Source of the DNA: Thermodesulfobacteriota bacterium
GTDB taxonomy: Bacteria > Desulfobacterota_D > UBA1144
Assembly (NCBI GenBank): GCA_036340075.1
Contig: JAYYZJ010000003.1
Span: 87,796 to 151,795 of the forward strand
Reading direction: 5' to 3'
DNA: 64,000 nucleotides
In this document: positions 11,762 to 23,519 of the stretch, piece by piece
How positions within the stretch are numbered: position 1 is the first letter of the stretch
How the letters are laid out: each line of letters starts with the position of its first letter
Position numbers and translations under genes: made by a program
Notes under the pieces: generated by a model
Told to the model about the DNA's origin: nothing
The model's database searches: none
The model's input: only the letters and a program-made list of their open reading frames with translations

Positions 11762-11810
11762 GATGTATATATTAAAAATAAACTATAATGTTTTTTTTTA
11801 AAAAAGGGTA

Positions 11811-14249
11811 ATGAAATACAATCATTTAGCAATAGAAAAAAAATGGCAAAACGAATGGGATAAGTCTGAGTTATTTTTAGCTGACAAAAATAAAAAAAAC
11901 AAGAAGTACTACATATTGGAAATGTTTCCATACCCGTCTGGGCGGATCCATATGGGTCATGTAAGAAATTATACTATTGGAGATGTAATAGCGCGGTACA
12001 AGACAGCGAACAACTATAATGTTCTTCATCCCATGGGGTGGGATGCTTTCGGTATGCCCGCTGAGAATGCTGCTATCCAAAATAATGTTCATCCTAGAAA
12101 ATGGACTTATTCAAATATCGAGACAATGAAGTCTCAGTTGAAACAAATGGGTCTTTCCTATGATTGGTCTAGGGAAATCAAAACGTGCGATAAAGAATAT
12201 TTTGTACATGAACAAAGATTCTTTCTTGAGCTTTATCAGGCAGGATTGGCATACAAGAAAGAAGCCTATGTGAATTGGGATCCTGTTGACCGAACAGTTT
12301 TGGCAAATGAACAAGTTATTGAAGGTAAAGGGTGGAGATCTGGTGCACTAGTTGAACAAAAAAAACTTTCTCAATGGTTCTTAAAAATTACTGATTTTGC
12401 AGATGATTTAAACGAAGGCTTAAAAGAACTGACAAATTGGCCTAAGAAAGTTGTATCAATGCAAGAGAACTGGATTGGTAAATCAACAGGAGCATTAATA
12501 AATTTTGACGTATCTGGTTCCACAAGCAGAATAGAAGTTTTCACAACTAGGCCTGACACAATCTTTGGTGCTTCCTTTATAGGATTGTCTCCTGACCATC
12601 CTATTTCTTCTAAATTGGCTAAGGAAAATTCTGATATAGACAGCTTTATAAAAACTTGTAAGAAAAGTGGATCGAGCATTGTTGAGATTGAGAAAGCGGA
12701 AAAGCTTGGTATAGATACTGGACTAAGAGCAAAACATCCTTACGATAAAGTTCATTTGCCTGTTTACATTGCTAATTTCATTTTGATGGATTATGGGACA
12801 GGTGCGATATTTGGATGTCCTGCTCATGATCAAAGAGATTTTGAATTTGCTAAAAAATATAATTTGGAAATTACACAAGTGGTTGCTGGAGAGGATTCGG
12901 TGGCAGAATTAAAAGAAGCATATACGGGAGATGGCAAAATTGTTAATTCTGATTTTCTAGATGGTTTATCTATTAAGGATGCACAAAAAAAAGTTCTTAC
13001 TGATTTAGAAAAAAAGGGTTATGGAAAAGAAACGGTCAAATACAAATTGCGAGATTGGGGTGTGTCGCGGCAAAGATACTGGGGATGTCCGATACCAATT
13101 ATGTATCTTGAGGATGGAACCGCGGTTCCTGTTCCTGAAAAAGATTTGCCTGTTGAGCTTCCAGAGGATATTGACTGGGAGCAGCCAGGAAATCCGTTAG
13201 ACAATCATCCAACATGGAAACATACGAAATGCCCTAACACTGGCAAGCCAGCAGTTAGAGAAACTGACACTTTTGATACATTTTTTGAATCTTCGTGGTA
13301 TTTCGCTCGTTTTTGCTCTCCCAAATCAAACTCAATAATTGACAAAGGTTTTTCAAAGTGGATGCCTGTGGATAAATATATTGGCGGTATAGAACATGCA
13401 ATTCTTCATTTGCTTTATTCGCGGTTTTTCATGCATTGTTTTCATAAGCTTGGGAAATCAGAAATAAAAGAACCTTTTGATAATCTCATTACACAAGGGA
13501 TGGTTCTTAATGATGGAGCCAAAATGTCAAAGTCCCTCGGAAACACAGTAGATCCAGAAGATATTATTGAAAAGTTTGGTGCTGACACTATTAGATTGTT
13601 TATCTTATTTTCTGCACCTGTAGACAAAGATTTAGAGTGGAGCGACAAAGGCATTGAGGGATCAAATAGGTTTATTAAAAGAATTTGGAATTTCGTTAAT
13701 GAGAATATTGCTTTAGCAAATACGACCTACAATGAGCCCATCGAATCATTAAACAGCGAGGAAAAAAGTCTACTAATTAAGATACACAAAACAATAAAGA
13801 AAGTTACTAATGATATCGAAAGCATGCAGTTTAATACTGCTATTGCGTCATTAATGGAATTATTGAATGCTGGATACAAATTTTTGGAGAAAAATAAAAA
13901 TGATAGCTTGATAGGTTTTTTTGTTTCACAGTTCTTATTGGTTTCAAATCCATTTGTGCCCCATATTTCAAATGAACTATGGTCTCTAAGCAAAGAAAAT
14001 CAAAAGGACATCAACTTGCTTTGGCCAACTTGGGATGAGTCGATAATCAACCAAGACGAAATACAAATTGTTATTCAAATAAACGGGAAAACTCGGGGGA
14101 CACTATCCTACTCTGCGGAAGGCATTAACGAGAAAAAGATTCTTGAGGATGTAAATAAAAATCCTAAGCTATATAAATATTTAGAAAAAGAGAAAATAAT
14201 TAAAACGGTCTATGTGGAAAATAGATTACTGAACTTAATAATTAAATAG
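11811..14249 (+). CDS. leuS: Leucine--tRNA ligase
   Basis: [13 protein letters not shown], editing domain TTRPDT/PAHDQRD, KMSKS. Confidence 0.98.
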   Translation: MKYNHLAIEKKWQNEWDKSELFLADKNKKNKKYYILEMFPYPSGRIHMGHVRNYTIGDVIARYKTANNYNVLHPMGWDAFGMPAENAAIQNNVHPRKWTYSNIETMKSQLKQMGLSYDWSREIKTCDKEYFVHEQRFFLELYQAGLAYKKEAYVNWDPVDRTVLANEQVIEGKGWRSGALVEQKKLSQWFLKITDFADDLNEGLKELTNWPKKVVSMQENWIGKSTGALINFDVSGSTSRIEVFTTRPDTIFGASFIGLSPDHPISSKLAKENSDIDSFIKTCKKSGSSIVEIEKAEKLGIDTGLRAKHPYDKVHLPVYIANFILMDYGTGAIFGCPAHDQRDFEFAKKYNLEITQVVAGEDSVAELKEAYTGDGKIVNSDFLDGLSIKDAQKKVLTDLEKKGYGKETVKYKLRDWGVSRQRYWGCPIPIMYLEDGTAVPVPEKDLPVELPEDIDWEQPGNPLDNHPTWKHTKCPNTGKPAVRETDTFDTFFESSWYFARFCSPKSNSIIDKGFSKWMPVDKYIGGIEHAILHLLYSRFFMHCFHKLGKSEIKEPFDNLITQGMVLNDGAKMSKSLGNTVDPEDIIEKFGADTIRLFILFSAPVDKDLEWSDKGIEGSNRFIKRIWNFVNENIALANTTYNEPIESLNSEEKSLLIKIHKTIKKVTNDIESMQFNTAIASLMELLNAGYKFLEKNKNDSLIGFFVSQFLLVSNPFVPHISNELWSLSKENQKDINLLWPTWDESIINQDEIQIVIQINGKTRGTLSYSAEGINEKKILEDVNKNPKLYKYLEKEKIIKTVYVENRLLNLIIK

Positions 14250-15405
14250 ATAAGTTTTTAATTCTTTCGACTGCTTCGATAAGTCTATTATCTTCTATAG
14301 TGACAGAAGCTCTTGTATAGCCTTCACCATATTCACCAAAACCAGTTCCTGGTGTCATAACAATTCCTGCGTCTTCGAGTAAAATGTTAGCAAATTCGCT
14401 TGATAAAAGATTCTTTGGGTTCTTAAACCAAACATAAAAAGTTCCATTAGGCTTATAAACTTCAATTCCTATCGAGTTTAATCCATTAGAAAGAAGCTCA
14501 CATCTTTTTTTATATATTGCGACTCGATCCTGCAAACCATCTTCATAGTTTCTTAAGGCTTCTATGCCGGCTTCCTGTATGGCCTGAAATGCTCCTGAGT
14601 CTATATTAGTTTTAATTTTTCCAATACCTGCAACACCTTTTTCATTTCCAACAACGTGTGCGAGTCTCCACCCGGTCATACTAAAAGTTTTCGACAAACT
14701 GTGGAATTCGATTCCTACATCTATGGCTCCATCATACTCTAAGAAGCTTTTTGGTTTTTCGTTAAAGTAAACTTCTGTATATGCTGCATCATGACAAACT
14801 AAAATATTATTTTTGTCTGCAAATTCAATTGTCTTTTTAAAAAATTCGTCAGTAGCAAATGCAGTAGTGGGATTATTGGGATAGTTTAAGAACATAATCT
14901 TAGCTTTTTTAACAATGTCTTGTGGTATTGAATCTAAATCGGGCATAAATCCATTTGATTCAAGAAGTGGCATTTGATAAGGAATTCCTCCAGCAAAGGT
15001 AGTTGCTATTGAGTAAACTGGGTATCCGGGGTTCGGCACAAGTGCAATATCACCCGGGTTAATAAATGCCAAAGGTGCGTGGGCGACCCCTTCCTTGGAT
15101 CCAATTAATATAATTACATTTTTATCTCCTTCTACATCAACATTAAAACGTTTTTTATACCACGCGGCAACCTCGTTCCTAAAGGACATCATCCCAGCAT
15201 AAGATGGATATGTATGGTTGTCTGGATTTAAAGAAGCTTGATGTAGTGCCTTAATTATTCTTTCTGGGGTTGGGATATCTGGGTCTCCAACACCTAAATC
15301 AATTACATCCACCCCTTTCTTTATCAATTCATCTTTTTTTGCATCAATCTCTGCAAATAAATAGGGGGGCAAATTGCTTATTCTGTCTGACCATTGAATA
15401 TTCAT
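14242..15405 (-). CDS. dapL: LL-diaminopimelate aminotransferase
   Basis: [52 protein letters not shown]. Confidence 0.88.
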   Translation of the reverse strand: MNIQWSDRISNLPPYLFAEIDAKKDELIKKGVDVIDLGVGDPDIPTPERIIKALHQASLNPDNHTYPSYAGMMSFRNEVAAWYKKRFNVDVEGDKNVIILIGSKEGVAHAPLAFINPGDIALVPNPGYPVYSIATTFAGGIPYQMPLLESNGFMPDLDSIPQDIVKKAKIMFLNYPNNPTTAFATDEFFKKTIEFADKNNILVCHDAAYTEVYFNEKPKSFLEYDGAIDVGIEFHSLSKTFSMTGWRLAHVVGNEKGVAGIGKIKTNIDSGAFQAIQEAGIEALRNYEDGLQDRVAIYKKRCELLSNGLNSIGIEVYKPNGTFYVWFKNPKNLLSSEFANILLEDAGIVMTPGTGFGEYGEGYTRASVTIEDNRLIEAVERIKNLSI

Positions 15406-15452
15406 AGTTGCGTTAATTTAAACATAAAAAATCTCGACTTCAAACAAGATAT

Positions 15453-16526
15453 TTATCTTGTTAACAAAAGTATTTTAAACTTTTCACCCATCGAGTTAGG
15501 GAGTAAAAGATTTTTCATTCTTTCAATAGAATTTTTTTTCATATATTTACTTTCTGACTGATAAATATCAAGAATATTATTTTCTATAAGAAACTTACTT
15601 TGAGAATTAAAAAGAAGTTCTTTAAATCCATATGAAGTTGCAATTTGTGACAAAAGAGAAAAATTTACATCGTGAGTTATATCTTGAGAATAAATATTTT
15701 CATAAAAATTTCTTGATACTTTGTGTTTGTAAAAACAGCGGGCTGTTCCAAATGGATCCTCTGTTGTATTGTAAAATTCGGACTTGTTTCCATAGTCAAT
15801 TATAAGAAAAAATGCTCTAGTAAAATTTTTGGAAACGCTGTCAAAAAAGTTTTCGTAACTGTACTCTGTTGTTTTAGAGTTTGGAAATTCAAAAAAGAAA
15901 TTTTCTTTTGCTTTTAGTTTTAACATTGAAACCTTTTTTATCAAATCTTTGCATGCTTCTTCTTCGTACTCTTTAATTCCATCTATATTGCTTCCCGGAA
16001 TTGGTTCTTTTTTGTTAGAGTCGTATCTTATATTAATTTGATAAAGCTTATTTTCTCTAAAAACACATCTGTCGAATGGTAGGGAATCAAAGAGCTCGTT
16101 GCAAAATATAATCCCAGTTGTCTTGGTTTTGACTTCTGCAATACTTCGTTTAATAGAAAATCTTTTCTTATGTTTTTTTAGTTTAATTAAAATATCATTT
16201 TTCTTCGAGTTGTTTGTTTCGACTAGATAAACAATTAATCGATCGTAAATTTTCGGATGCCTCTCTAAGAAGAAATCAAGAACATCCTTCATTAGGCTTC
16301 CATCGTTTGGGGCAATCTCAATTAAACTAATTTCTCCTAAAATTTTATTCTCAATAATGGTTTTAGAAAACGAAGAAGCAAGTGCTCTGCCAAAAAGAGG
16401 GGTCTGTGAAGGTGACGTATAAAAATCTCCTTTTGTGCCTATATCCACTTTTTTTCTATAGTATCCATTAGGGCTATAAAGAGCTTCTGTTACAAAATCA
16501 GAAAAAGATTGCGAGTGTTTGTACAT
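15453..16526 (-). CDS. SAM-dependent methyltransferase, MidA/NDUFAF7 family
   Basis: ALYSPNGYY, GDFYTSP, NELFDSLP, IDYG, QDITHDVNF; start uncertain (16526 or 16571). Confidence 0.85.
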   Translation of the reverse strand: MYKHSQSFSDFVTEALYSPNGYYRKKVDIGTKGDFYTSPSQTPLFGRALASSFSKTIIENKILGEISLIEIAPNDGSLMKDVLDFFLERHPKIYDRLIVYLVETNNSKKNDILIKLKKHKKRFSIKRSIAEVKTKTTGIIFCNELFDSLPFDRCVFRENKLYQINIRYDSNKKEPIPGSNIDGIKEYEEEACKDLIKKVSMLKLKAKENFFFEFPNSKTTEYSYENFFDSVSKNFTRAFFLIIDYGNKSEFYNTTEDPFGTARCFYKHKVSRNFYENIYSQDITHDVNFSLLSQIATSYGFKELLFNSQSKFLIENNILDIYQSESKYMKKNSIERMKNLLLPNSMGEKFKILLLTR

Positions 16527-16588
16527 TACTAAACCATAACAAATATGGCTCAAATTGTTTAGGTGTATCAAATTGGTTAAAATAGAGC

Positions 16589-17149
16589 ATGGCCAAAAAG
16601 ACTAGAATATCTAAAGTTTATACAAAAACTGGCGACATGGGCAAAACCATGCTGGTTGATGGAAAAATTGTTTTTAAAGACTCTGAAAGAGTTATTGCGT
16701 ATGGCGACATAGATGAATTAAATTCAATACTTGGAATTGTTCTTAGCACTGAAATAAACAAAAGAGTTAGAACAATACTTACGAGGATACAAAACGATTT
16801 GTTTATTTTGGGTGCCGACCTAGCTTCAACAAAGGATGTAAATGTTCCTAGAATAAAGAAGTCAAAAATAACCTGGCTCGAGAATACTATCGATAAATAC
16901 GTAGAAGAAGTCGGTCCATTAAAAGAATTCGTTTTACCTGCTGGCACACTATCTGGCTCTACGCTTCATCTTGCAAGGACAGTTTGTAGAAGAGCTGAGA
17001 GGTCAGCTGTGTCTTTGCAAAAAAAAGAATGGATCAATTCTTTCTCGTTGATTTATATTAACAGGCTATCTGACCTTCTGTTTGTTTTGGCAAGATACGA
17101 AAACAAACTCAATGGAGAAGGAGAAGTGTTTGTTAATTTTAAAAAATGA
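16589..17149 (+). CDS. ATP:cob(I)alamin adenosyltransferase, PduO type
   Basis: YTKTGDMG, YGDIDELNS, ARTVCRRAER, INRLSDLLF. Confidence 0.95.
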   Translation: MAKKTRISKVYTKTGDMGKTMLVDGKIVFKDSERVIAYGDIDELNSILGIVLSTEINKRVRTILTRIQNDLFILGADLASTKDVNVPRIKKSKITWLENTIDKYVEEVGPLKEFVLPAGTLSGSTLHLARTVCRRAERSAVSLQKKEWINSFSLIYINRLSDLLFVLARYENKLNGEGEVFVNFKK

Positions 17150-19698
17150 ACAATAACTCAAAAGATTTTAGTCGGCGCTTTAAGCTTCTTTTTGAAAATA
17201 TTGAAAAATTTCATTTAACTGGAAAGCCAGGTGGTCTTGATGTGGCAAATAAATATTCAAATGAAATTGATAAATTAATATCAAGCGAACTTGATTTAGA
17301 CTATAAATCAAAAGGTATTGTTGTTTTAGCCCTCGGTGGATACGGAAGAAGAGAGCTCTGTCCAAAATCAGATATTGATATTTTAATACTTCATGAAAAG
17401 TCAAAAATTAATGAAGCAAAAATACTAGCAGAAAATATTTTGTATAAACTCTGGGACACTGGTCTTGAGGTTGGGAATTCTCTTCGCACAATCAATGATT
17501 GTCTTGAGCTTGCAAGTATGCAAGATTCCACAATCCTTTCCTCACTCCTGGACGAAAGAGCTATAGCCGGTGACTCAATCTTACATACAAAACTAAAGAA
17601 TGAGCTTAACAAGAAACTTCTTCCCAACATATCCAAAAATTTTATCAATGAAAAAATGGTTGAAAGAAAAAACCGGCATGAAAAATATGGCAGTGCAAAC
17701 TTTCTTCTAGAGCCAAATATAAAAGAGGGTCAAGGTTGTCTCAGGGATATACATAGCTGCTTCTGGATTCTCAGAGCTTTTTATTGTCAAATAGAAATTG
17801 ATAGATTTTTAGATGGTGGATTTTTAAATAAGGAAGAAATTAATACAATTAATCAATCGTTAGATTTTTTATTGAAAGTTAGAAATCATTTGCATTTAAA
17901 GAAGTCGACAGATTTTGATGTAATTGATTATGGCTTCCAGAGTAATGCGGCAGACTTTTTCAAAATAAAAGACGACGACTTTCTAACAAAAGAAAATCTT
18001 TTTATGAAAATTTTTTATGGAACAACGAATAGGATTTCTCTCTTAACTGATAAAATCATAGAGAGGACCCTGGAAAAGAAAATTTTTACTTCGAGAAGAA
18101 TTCAGAATTTAGATGACTTTTATATAATCCACAGGGGTAAGATTAGAGCAATTAATCCTGCTTTTATTCTAGAACAACCAAAAAATATTCTTAAATCATT
18201 TGAACATTCTGCAAATCATTCCAAAGAGCTATCGGATGAAGTTGTTGATGAAATAAAAAAAATAAAATCTTTCAAGTTTTCTATAGAGGGTAAAAAAATC
18301 TTATTTACTAGTTTCCTTGATTTGTTAAAAAGGGGGAAAAATATCTATACAGTATTGCGCAACCTTAACGATTTTGATTTAATTAATTTTTTTCTTCCTG
18401 AATTTGAAAAAATAAAAAATTTAGCTGTTGCGGATCCTTCTCATATTTACACTGTCGATATTCATTCTCTCTATATTGTTAATGAATTTGAGAGGTTGCT
18501 CGATGGATCTTACAAAGACGAATTTCCCTTGGAAACAAAAATCGCAAATGGGCTAAAGAAGCGTGAAATATTTTATCTGTCTGCATTGATTCACGATATA
18601 GGAAAAGGGTACGGCAATAATCATGCTAAACGTGGGGCTAGTATGTGTAAAAAAATCTGTTCAAGGCTCGTGGCAGATAAGTCTTTTTACGAATTGATAG
18701 AATTCTTAGTCGGTGAACACTTAACAATGTCTTCTTATTCTCAAAAAAGGGATTTGGATGACCCCGAGCTAATAAAAGAGTTTAAGGAACGAATCCAAAC
18801 AGTTGAAAGATTGGACTATCTCTTTATATTGACCTTCTGTGATCTCCGAAGTGTTGGTCCTGATGTTTGGTCTCCCTGGAAAGGGAACTTGTTGTCAACG
18901 CTTTATAAAAAAACAACGCAACTAATTTCTGACACGAAAAAGGGGGGGAGAGCTAAATCAAGACCTTCGTCCAGAAACGATAAGGAAAAAAAGATTTTTA
19001 ATGAAATAAACAAAAACGAGTTTGAGAGAATTGCTGGCAAAAGGCACTCGTCTTACTTTGACAACTACTCTGTTGAAGACATTGTGTATCAGGTTAATCT
19101 TTTGCCTAAAAATCCTGAGCTCTTATCTTTGGGATTAAAGTACAGTCAGAAAAAAGAAATAGACAAATTAACTATATGGTCCAAAGACAAAGAAATTGGC
19201 TTCCAAGAGATTTGTTCTGCTTTGTCTTCATTTAATATTAATATATTCTCTGGTCGAGTGACTCCTTTAAAAAACAAACTCGTTCTTTACACATTTGAGG
19301 TTAATAGGTTTGGCCACTCTACTTTTAGAGAAAGAGAAGTTTGGGGCTCTATTGAAAAGATACTTAAAGATAAAAATACTTTGTCTCTACCAAAGCCGAA
19401 TCAAACAAAGTACGTTAATTCTGCGGGAGGGACAATTACAACAAAAATCAAGATTGACAACTTGTCTTCTAAAAAATTTACAATTATAGAATTAGTGGCT
19501 AGAGACAGGCCTGGGATTTTGTATGATATTTCCAAAGGATTAAAAGGTTTTGATTTAGATATTGGGTTTGTAAAAATTGCCACAAAAAGAGGGTCTGTTG
19601 AAGATTCTTTCTATGTTAGAAAAAGAAGTGGGGATAAATTATCAGATGAGGACAACCTTTCTGAGATAAAAAATGGCTTACTCTCAATTGTTGCTTAA
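17146..19698 (+). CDS. glnD: [Protein-PII] uridylyltransferase / uridylyl-removing enzyme
   Basis: ALGGYGRRELCPKSDIDIL, LEPNIKEGQGCLRD, HIYTVDIH, HDIGKG, C-terminal ACT domain DRPGIL. Confidence 0.93.
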   Translation: MNNNSKDFSRRFKLLFENIEKFHLTGKPGGLDVANKYSNEIDKLISSELDLDYKSKGIVVLALGGYGRRELCPKSDIDILILHEKSKINEAKILAENILYKLWDTGLEVGNSLRTINDCLELASMQDSTILSSLLDERAIAGDSILHTKLKNELNKKLLPNISKNFINEKMVERKNRHEKYGSANFLLEPNIKEGQGCLRDIHSCFWILRAFYCQIEIDRFLDGGFLNKEEINTINQSLDFLLKVRNHLHLKKSTDFDVIDYGFQSNAADFFKIKDDDFLTKENLFMKIFYGTTNRISLLTDKIIERTLEKKIFTSRRIQNLDDFYIIHRGKIRAINPAFILEQPKNILKSFEHSANHSKELSDEVVDEIKKIKSFKFSIEGKKILFTSFLDLLKRGKNIYTVLRNLNDFDLINFFLPEFEKIKNLAVADPSHIYTVDIHSLYIVNEFERLLDGSYKDEFPLETKIANGLKKREIFYLSALIHDIGKGYGNNHAKRGASMCKKICSRLVADKSFYELIEFLVGEHLTMSSYSQKRDLDDPELIKEFKERIQTVERLDYLFILTFCDLRSVGPDVWSPWKGNLLSTLYKKTTQLISDTKKGGRAKSRPSSRNDKEKKIFNEINKNEFERIAGKRHSSYFDNYSVEDIVYQVNLLPKNPELLSLGLKYSQKKEIDKLTIWSKDKEIGFQEICSALSSFNINIFSGRVTPLKNKLVLYTFEVNRFGHSTFREREVWGSIEKILKDKNTLSLPKPNQTKYVNSAGGTITTKIKIDNLSSKKFTIIELVARDRPGILYDISKGLKGFDLDIGFVKIATKRGSVEDSFYVRKRSGDKLSDEDNLSEIKNGLLSIVA

Positions 19699-19714
19699 CA
19701 ACCAATGAATCTAA

Positions 19715-19776
19715 TTGTATTAGAAAAAAATAATGCTATAATCACTTCTGTGCATTACCGATTAGTGATAATCGGT
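19715..19776 (+). promoter_or_regulatory. Sigma70 promoter (TTGTAT-16-TATAAT with TG extension) followed by an inverted repeat in the korA leader
   Basis: TGCTATAAT at 19734-19742; ACCGATTA-GTGA-TAATCGGT at 19757-19776. Confidence 0.6.
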
Positions 19777-19797
19777 GCTTAATTGTTGGAAAATCGG

Positions 19798-21648
19798 ATG
19801 GCTGTAGATAAAACGGAACTAGAAACAATTACGGTAAAGTTCGCTGGCGACTCTGGTGATGGTATTCAATTAACTGGAGATCAATTCGGAAACACTACGG
19901 CTATTGCTGGAAATGATTTTGCAACGTTTCCTGACTTTCCATCTGAAATAAGAGCGCCTCTTGGAACAACCTATGGGGTTTCTTCTTATCAGATTCAGTT
20001 TGCATCAAAAGATATTTACACTCCGGGTGATAGGCCGGATGTCTTAGTTTGTTTCAACCCAGCCGCATTGAAAGTTAATCTTAGTGTCGTAAACAAAGGT
20101 GCAATTATAGTAGTCAATCAAGATGAATTTAATGAAAAAAATATTAAAAAAGCTGGCTTTGATAGTGACCCTTTAGAGCCTGGAAACAAATTACTATCTG
20201 ATTTCACTGTTCACAAGATTCCTATTACAACACTTACTCTAGAAGCATTAGCTGATATGGAAATGGGTCATCAGGACAAACTTAGATGCAAAAATTTTCT
20301 GGCATTAGGTGTAGTCTCTTGGCTTTTCTCTAGATCGCTTGAGCCAATAGAAAACTTTTTAAAAGCAAAGTTTGGAAAAAAACAAATGGTTCTGGAGGCT
20401 AATACAAAAGTTCTTCATGCCGGATTTAATATTTGTGATACTATGGAAATTTTTCCAGTTATGTACAAGGTCCCTCCTGCTAAACTAGAGCCTGGAACAT
20501 ATAGGAATATTAATGGTGCCCTTGCTACTACTTATGGTCTTCTTACGGCTGCTGAAAAAATTGATTTACCAATAGTATATGCTGGGTATCCAATTACCCC
20601 GGCTAGTGAGGTTTTGCATCTGCTTTCTGCTTTAAAACAATTTGATGTTTCAGCTGTTCAAACAGAAGATGAAATTGCTGCTATTACAATGGCTCTAGGA
20701 GCTGCATATGGTGGCTCTCTTGGTATAACCGGCAGTTCCGGCCCAGGCTTAGCTCTCAAAATTGAGGCGCTAAATTTAGCAGTAATGACAGAGTTGCCAT
20801 TAATTGTTTTTGATTTTATGAGATCTGGTATCTCAACTGGAATGCCTACAAAAACTGAACAAGGAGACTTATTGATGGCTCTCTTTGGAAGACCGTCGGA
20901 TTCCCACGTTATCGTGCTGGCCCCTTCAACAGCGGCAGACTGTTTTTGGATTTCCATAGAAGCAGTTAGGCTAGCAACGAAATATATGACACCAGTGGTA
21001 GTGTTGTCAGAAGGGTTCTTGGTTAATGCTTCTGAGCCGTGGAAATTGCCTAATTTGAAAAAAATACCAAAAATAAAATCTCCATTTAGAAATAAAGTGG
21101 AAGGCTATCTTCCATACAAAAGAAACAAAGAAACATTGGCTAGAGATTGGGTTCGAATTGGAACACAAGGATTGGAGCATACAATTGGTGGGCTTGAAAA
21201 ACTAAATGAAACTGGTGGTGTAACTCAGGACCCTGACAATCATGATTTGATGACTCGTCTAAGAGCAGAAAAAGTTCAAAAAGTTGCTAACGATATACCT
21301 GATTTAGAAATTATAGGAGAAGAAGATGCGGATTTACTTTTGGTGGGCTGGGGTAGCTCTCTCGGCAGTATGCGTGCCGCAGTAGAAGCCGTTAATCAAT
21401 CTGGGAAAAAAGTCGCTATGATTAATATTAGATACCTGAATCCTTTACCTAAAAATCTTGCCAACATATTGAGAAGCTATAAGAAGGTTGCTGTGGTAGA
21501 ATTAAACTTAGGTCAGCTAAATATGATAATCAGATCAAGATTTCTCATTGATACTTCTTTTCTTGGTAGAGTTACTGGGCAACCAATAGCTGTAAGTGAA
21601 TTAATAGATTTTATAACTAAGGAGCTTGATATGCTGAAACAGCATTAG
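19798..21648 (+). CDS. korA: 2-oxoacid:ferredoxin oxidoreductase alpha subunit (fused gamma-alpha type)
   Basis: FAGDSGDGIQLTG, YPITPAS, SSGPGLALK; ATG 19798 preferred; substrate specificity not provable from sequence. Confidence 0.9.
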   Translation: MAVDKTELETITVKFAGDSGDGIQLTGDQFGNTTAIAGNDFATFPDFPSEIRAPLGTTYGVSSYQIQFASKDIYTPGDRPDVLVCFNPAALKVNLSVVNKGAIIVVNQDEFNEKNIKKAGFDSDPLEPGNKLLSDFTVHKIPITTLTLEALADMEMGHQDKLRCKNFLALGVVSWLFSRSLEPIENFLKAKFGKKQMVLEANTKVLHAGFNICDTMEIFPVMYKVPPAKLEPGTYRNINGALATTYGLLTAAEKIDLPIVYAGYPITPASEVLHLLSALKQFDVSAVQTEDEIAAITMALGAAYGGSLGITGSSGPGLALKIEALNLAVMTELPLIVFDFMRSGISTGMPTKTEQGDLLMALFGRPSDSHVIVLAPSTAADCFWISIEAVRLATKYMTPVVVLSEGFLVNASEPWKLPNLKKIPKIKSPFRNKVEGYLPYKRNKETLARDWVRIGTQGLEHTIGGLEKLNETGGVTQDPDNHDLMTRLRAEKVQKVANDIPDLEIIGEEDADLLLVGWGSSLGSMRAAVEAVNQSGKKVAMINIRYLNPLPKNLANILRSYKKVAVVELNLGQLNMIIRSRFLIDTSFLGRVTGQPIAVSELIDFITKELDMLKQH

Positions 21649-21657
21649 GTTGATCAA

Positions 21658-22665
21658 ATGGCTACAGAAAAAAACCAATACAAAGCTACAGATTTTAAAT
21701 CACCGGCCGAACCTAGATGGTGTCCGGGATGCGAGGACTATGCAATATTAAAAGCTGTTCAGACCGCGATGGCTCAAATTGGTCGTCCTAAAAATGAACA
21801 TGCCGTTGTTTCTGGCATTGGCTGCTCCTCAAGATTTCCATATTATATGGGGACATATGGTTTTCATACAATACATGGAAGACCTCTTCCAATAGCAACC
21901 GGACTTAAGCTTTCTAATCCCGATTTAGCAGTATGGGTTGTTACAGGAGATGGGGATGGAATATCAATAGGCGGAAATCATTTCATTCATGCATTAAGAA
22001 GAAATGCCGACTTAAACATTCTTTTGTTCAACAATAAAATTTATGGTCTTACAAAAGGCCAGTATTCTCCAACAAGCGACAAAGGAATGGTTAACAAAAC
22101 TGCTCCTTACGGAACCCTAGAAGAGTCTGTGGACCCAACTGGTTTAGCAGTAGAGTGCGGGGCATCGTTTGTTGCTCAAATAGCAGCAGCATATGTTAAG
22201 GAATTGGTTGAAATATTAGTAGAAGCATATAATCACAAAGGAACTTCTTTTGTTCATATTTATCAAAATTGCTATATTTATAACAATGGTGTTTTTGATG
22301 GTTTCACAGAAAGATCGATTAGAGATGACAACAATATAAAAATTGAAAATGGAAAACCTCTTGTTTTTGGAAACGATTTGAATAAGGGGTTGATTATGGG
22401 CCAAGGAAGATTAGAGATAATTGAATTTGAGCCAGATAACATACCGGACAATGTTATTGTTTATGATGAAACTAATCCTGCATTGATAAAAATGGTTGCA
22501 AACATGAGGTTCCCTGAATACCCCGTACCAATGGGAATAATCAAGAGAGTGGAAAAGCCCTGCTTTGAGCAGTCTGTAAAAGATCAAATTGATTCAGCAA
22601 AAACAAAATTCCCTCCTAACTTAGAAAAATTAATTTCCTCTGGGGACACCTGGGAAGTTAAGTAA
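21658..22665 (+). CDS. korB: 2-oxoacid:ferredoxin oxidoreductase beta subunit
   Basis: WCPGC, SGIGCSSR, GDGD...NN TPP motif, YGLTKGQYSPT. Confidence 0.92.
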   Translation: MATEKNQYKATDFKSPAEPRWCPGCEDYAILKAVQTAMAQIGRPKNEHAVVSGIGCSSRFPYYMGTYGFHTIHGRPLPIATGLKLSNPDLAVWVVTGDGDGISIGGNHFIHALRRNADLNILLFNNKIYGLTKGQYSPTSDKGMVNKTAPYGTLEESVDPTGLAVECGASFVAQIAAAYVKELVEILVEAYNHKGTSFVHIYQNCYIYNNGVFDGFTERSIRDDNNIKIENGKPLVFGNDLNKGLIMGQGRLEIIEFEPDNIPDNVIVYDETNPALIKMVANMRFPEYPVPMGIIKRVEKPCFEQSVKDQIDSAKTKFPPNLEKLISSGDTWEVK

Positions 22666-22672
22666 TCCTCTA

Positions 22673-23515
22673 ATGAACAATGCTTTAAAAAGAAGTGTTG
22701 ATATCGTTCTCAGAATAGCTACAAAAGAAGACAAAACCAAAGAGGACATAACAACCAAGTTTCTGCTTAATTCAAAAAAAATTAAAATGGGAGTTTTTTT
22801 TAAGGAGACTGGTGTATTGTGCGGGAAGGGGATAGTTAACCAAATAGTTAAAAAAATAAATAAGGATATACAAATACGATGGAACTACAAAGAGGGAGAA
22901 GAAATTAAGAAAGGGTCAACTGTGGCAATCATATCGGGTCCGGGCAATACAATTGTTTCAAACGAAAGAGTAATATTAAATTTTTTACAAAAGCTTTGTG
23001 GGATTGCGACATTAACTAGATTGTTTGTTAAAAAACTGGACAACAAGAAGATTAAAATACTCGATACTAGAAAAACTATTCCTGGCTGGAGGCATTTGGA
23101 AAAATACGCAGTGGAAATTGGCGGTGGAAAAAATCACAGAACAGACTTGGCGGAATCAATTCTAATTAAAGACAACCATATAAAAATTTCTGGAGACATT
23201 GATACAACACTAAGAAAAGTTTTTAAAAATAAAAGGAAGAAAAAAGTTGAGGTGGAAGCATCCAGCATAAAGGATGTTAAAAAAATAATTGGGTTTCAAA
23301 TTAACCAAATAATGCTGGACAACTTCAAAGAAAAAGATATACCTAAAGCTACAAAAATAATTAGAGAATCTAGCTCTGCCAAAATAGAGGTTTCTGGCAA
23401 CATAAATTTAAAAAATATTAAATCTATGGCTAAATACGATATAGACTTTATCTCAATAGGGCGCATTACACATTCTGCACAATTCTTAGATATTTCAATG
23501 GATGTGTTAAGATAA
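22673..23515 (+). CDS. nadC: Nicotinate-nucleotide diphosphorylase (carboxylating)
   Basis: DTRKTIPG, NHR, LIKDNH, MLDNF, ITHSA. Confidence 0.95.
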   Translation: MNNALKRSVDIVLRIATKEDKTKEDITTKFLLNSKKIKMGVFFKETGVLCGKGIVNQIVKKINKDIQIRWNYKEGEEIKKGSTVAIISGPGNTIVSNERVILNFLQKLCGIATLTRLFVKKLDNKKIKILDTRKTIPGWRHLEKYAVEIGGGKNHRTDLAESILIKDNHIKISGDIDTTLRKVFKNKRKKKVEVEASSIKDVKKIIGFQINQIMLDNFKEKDIPKATKIIRESSSAKIEVSGNINLKNIKSMAKYDIDFISIGRITHSAQFLDISMDVLR

Positions 23516-23519
23516 TTTT

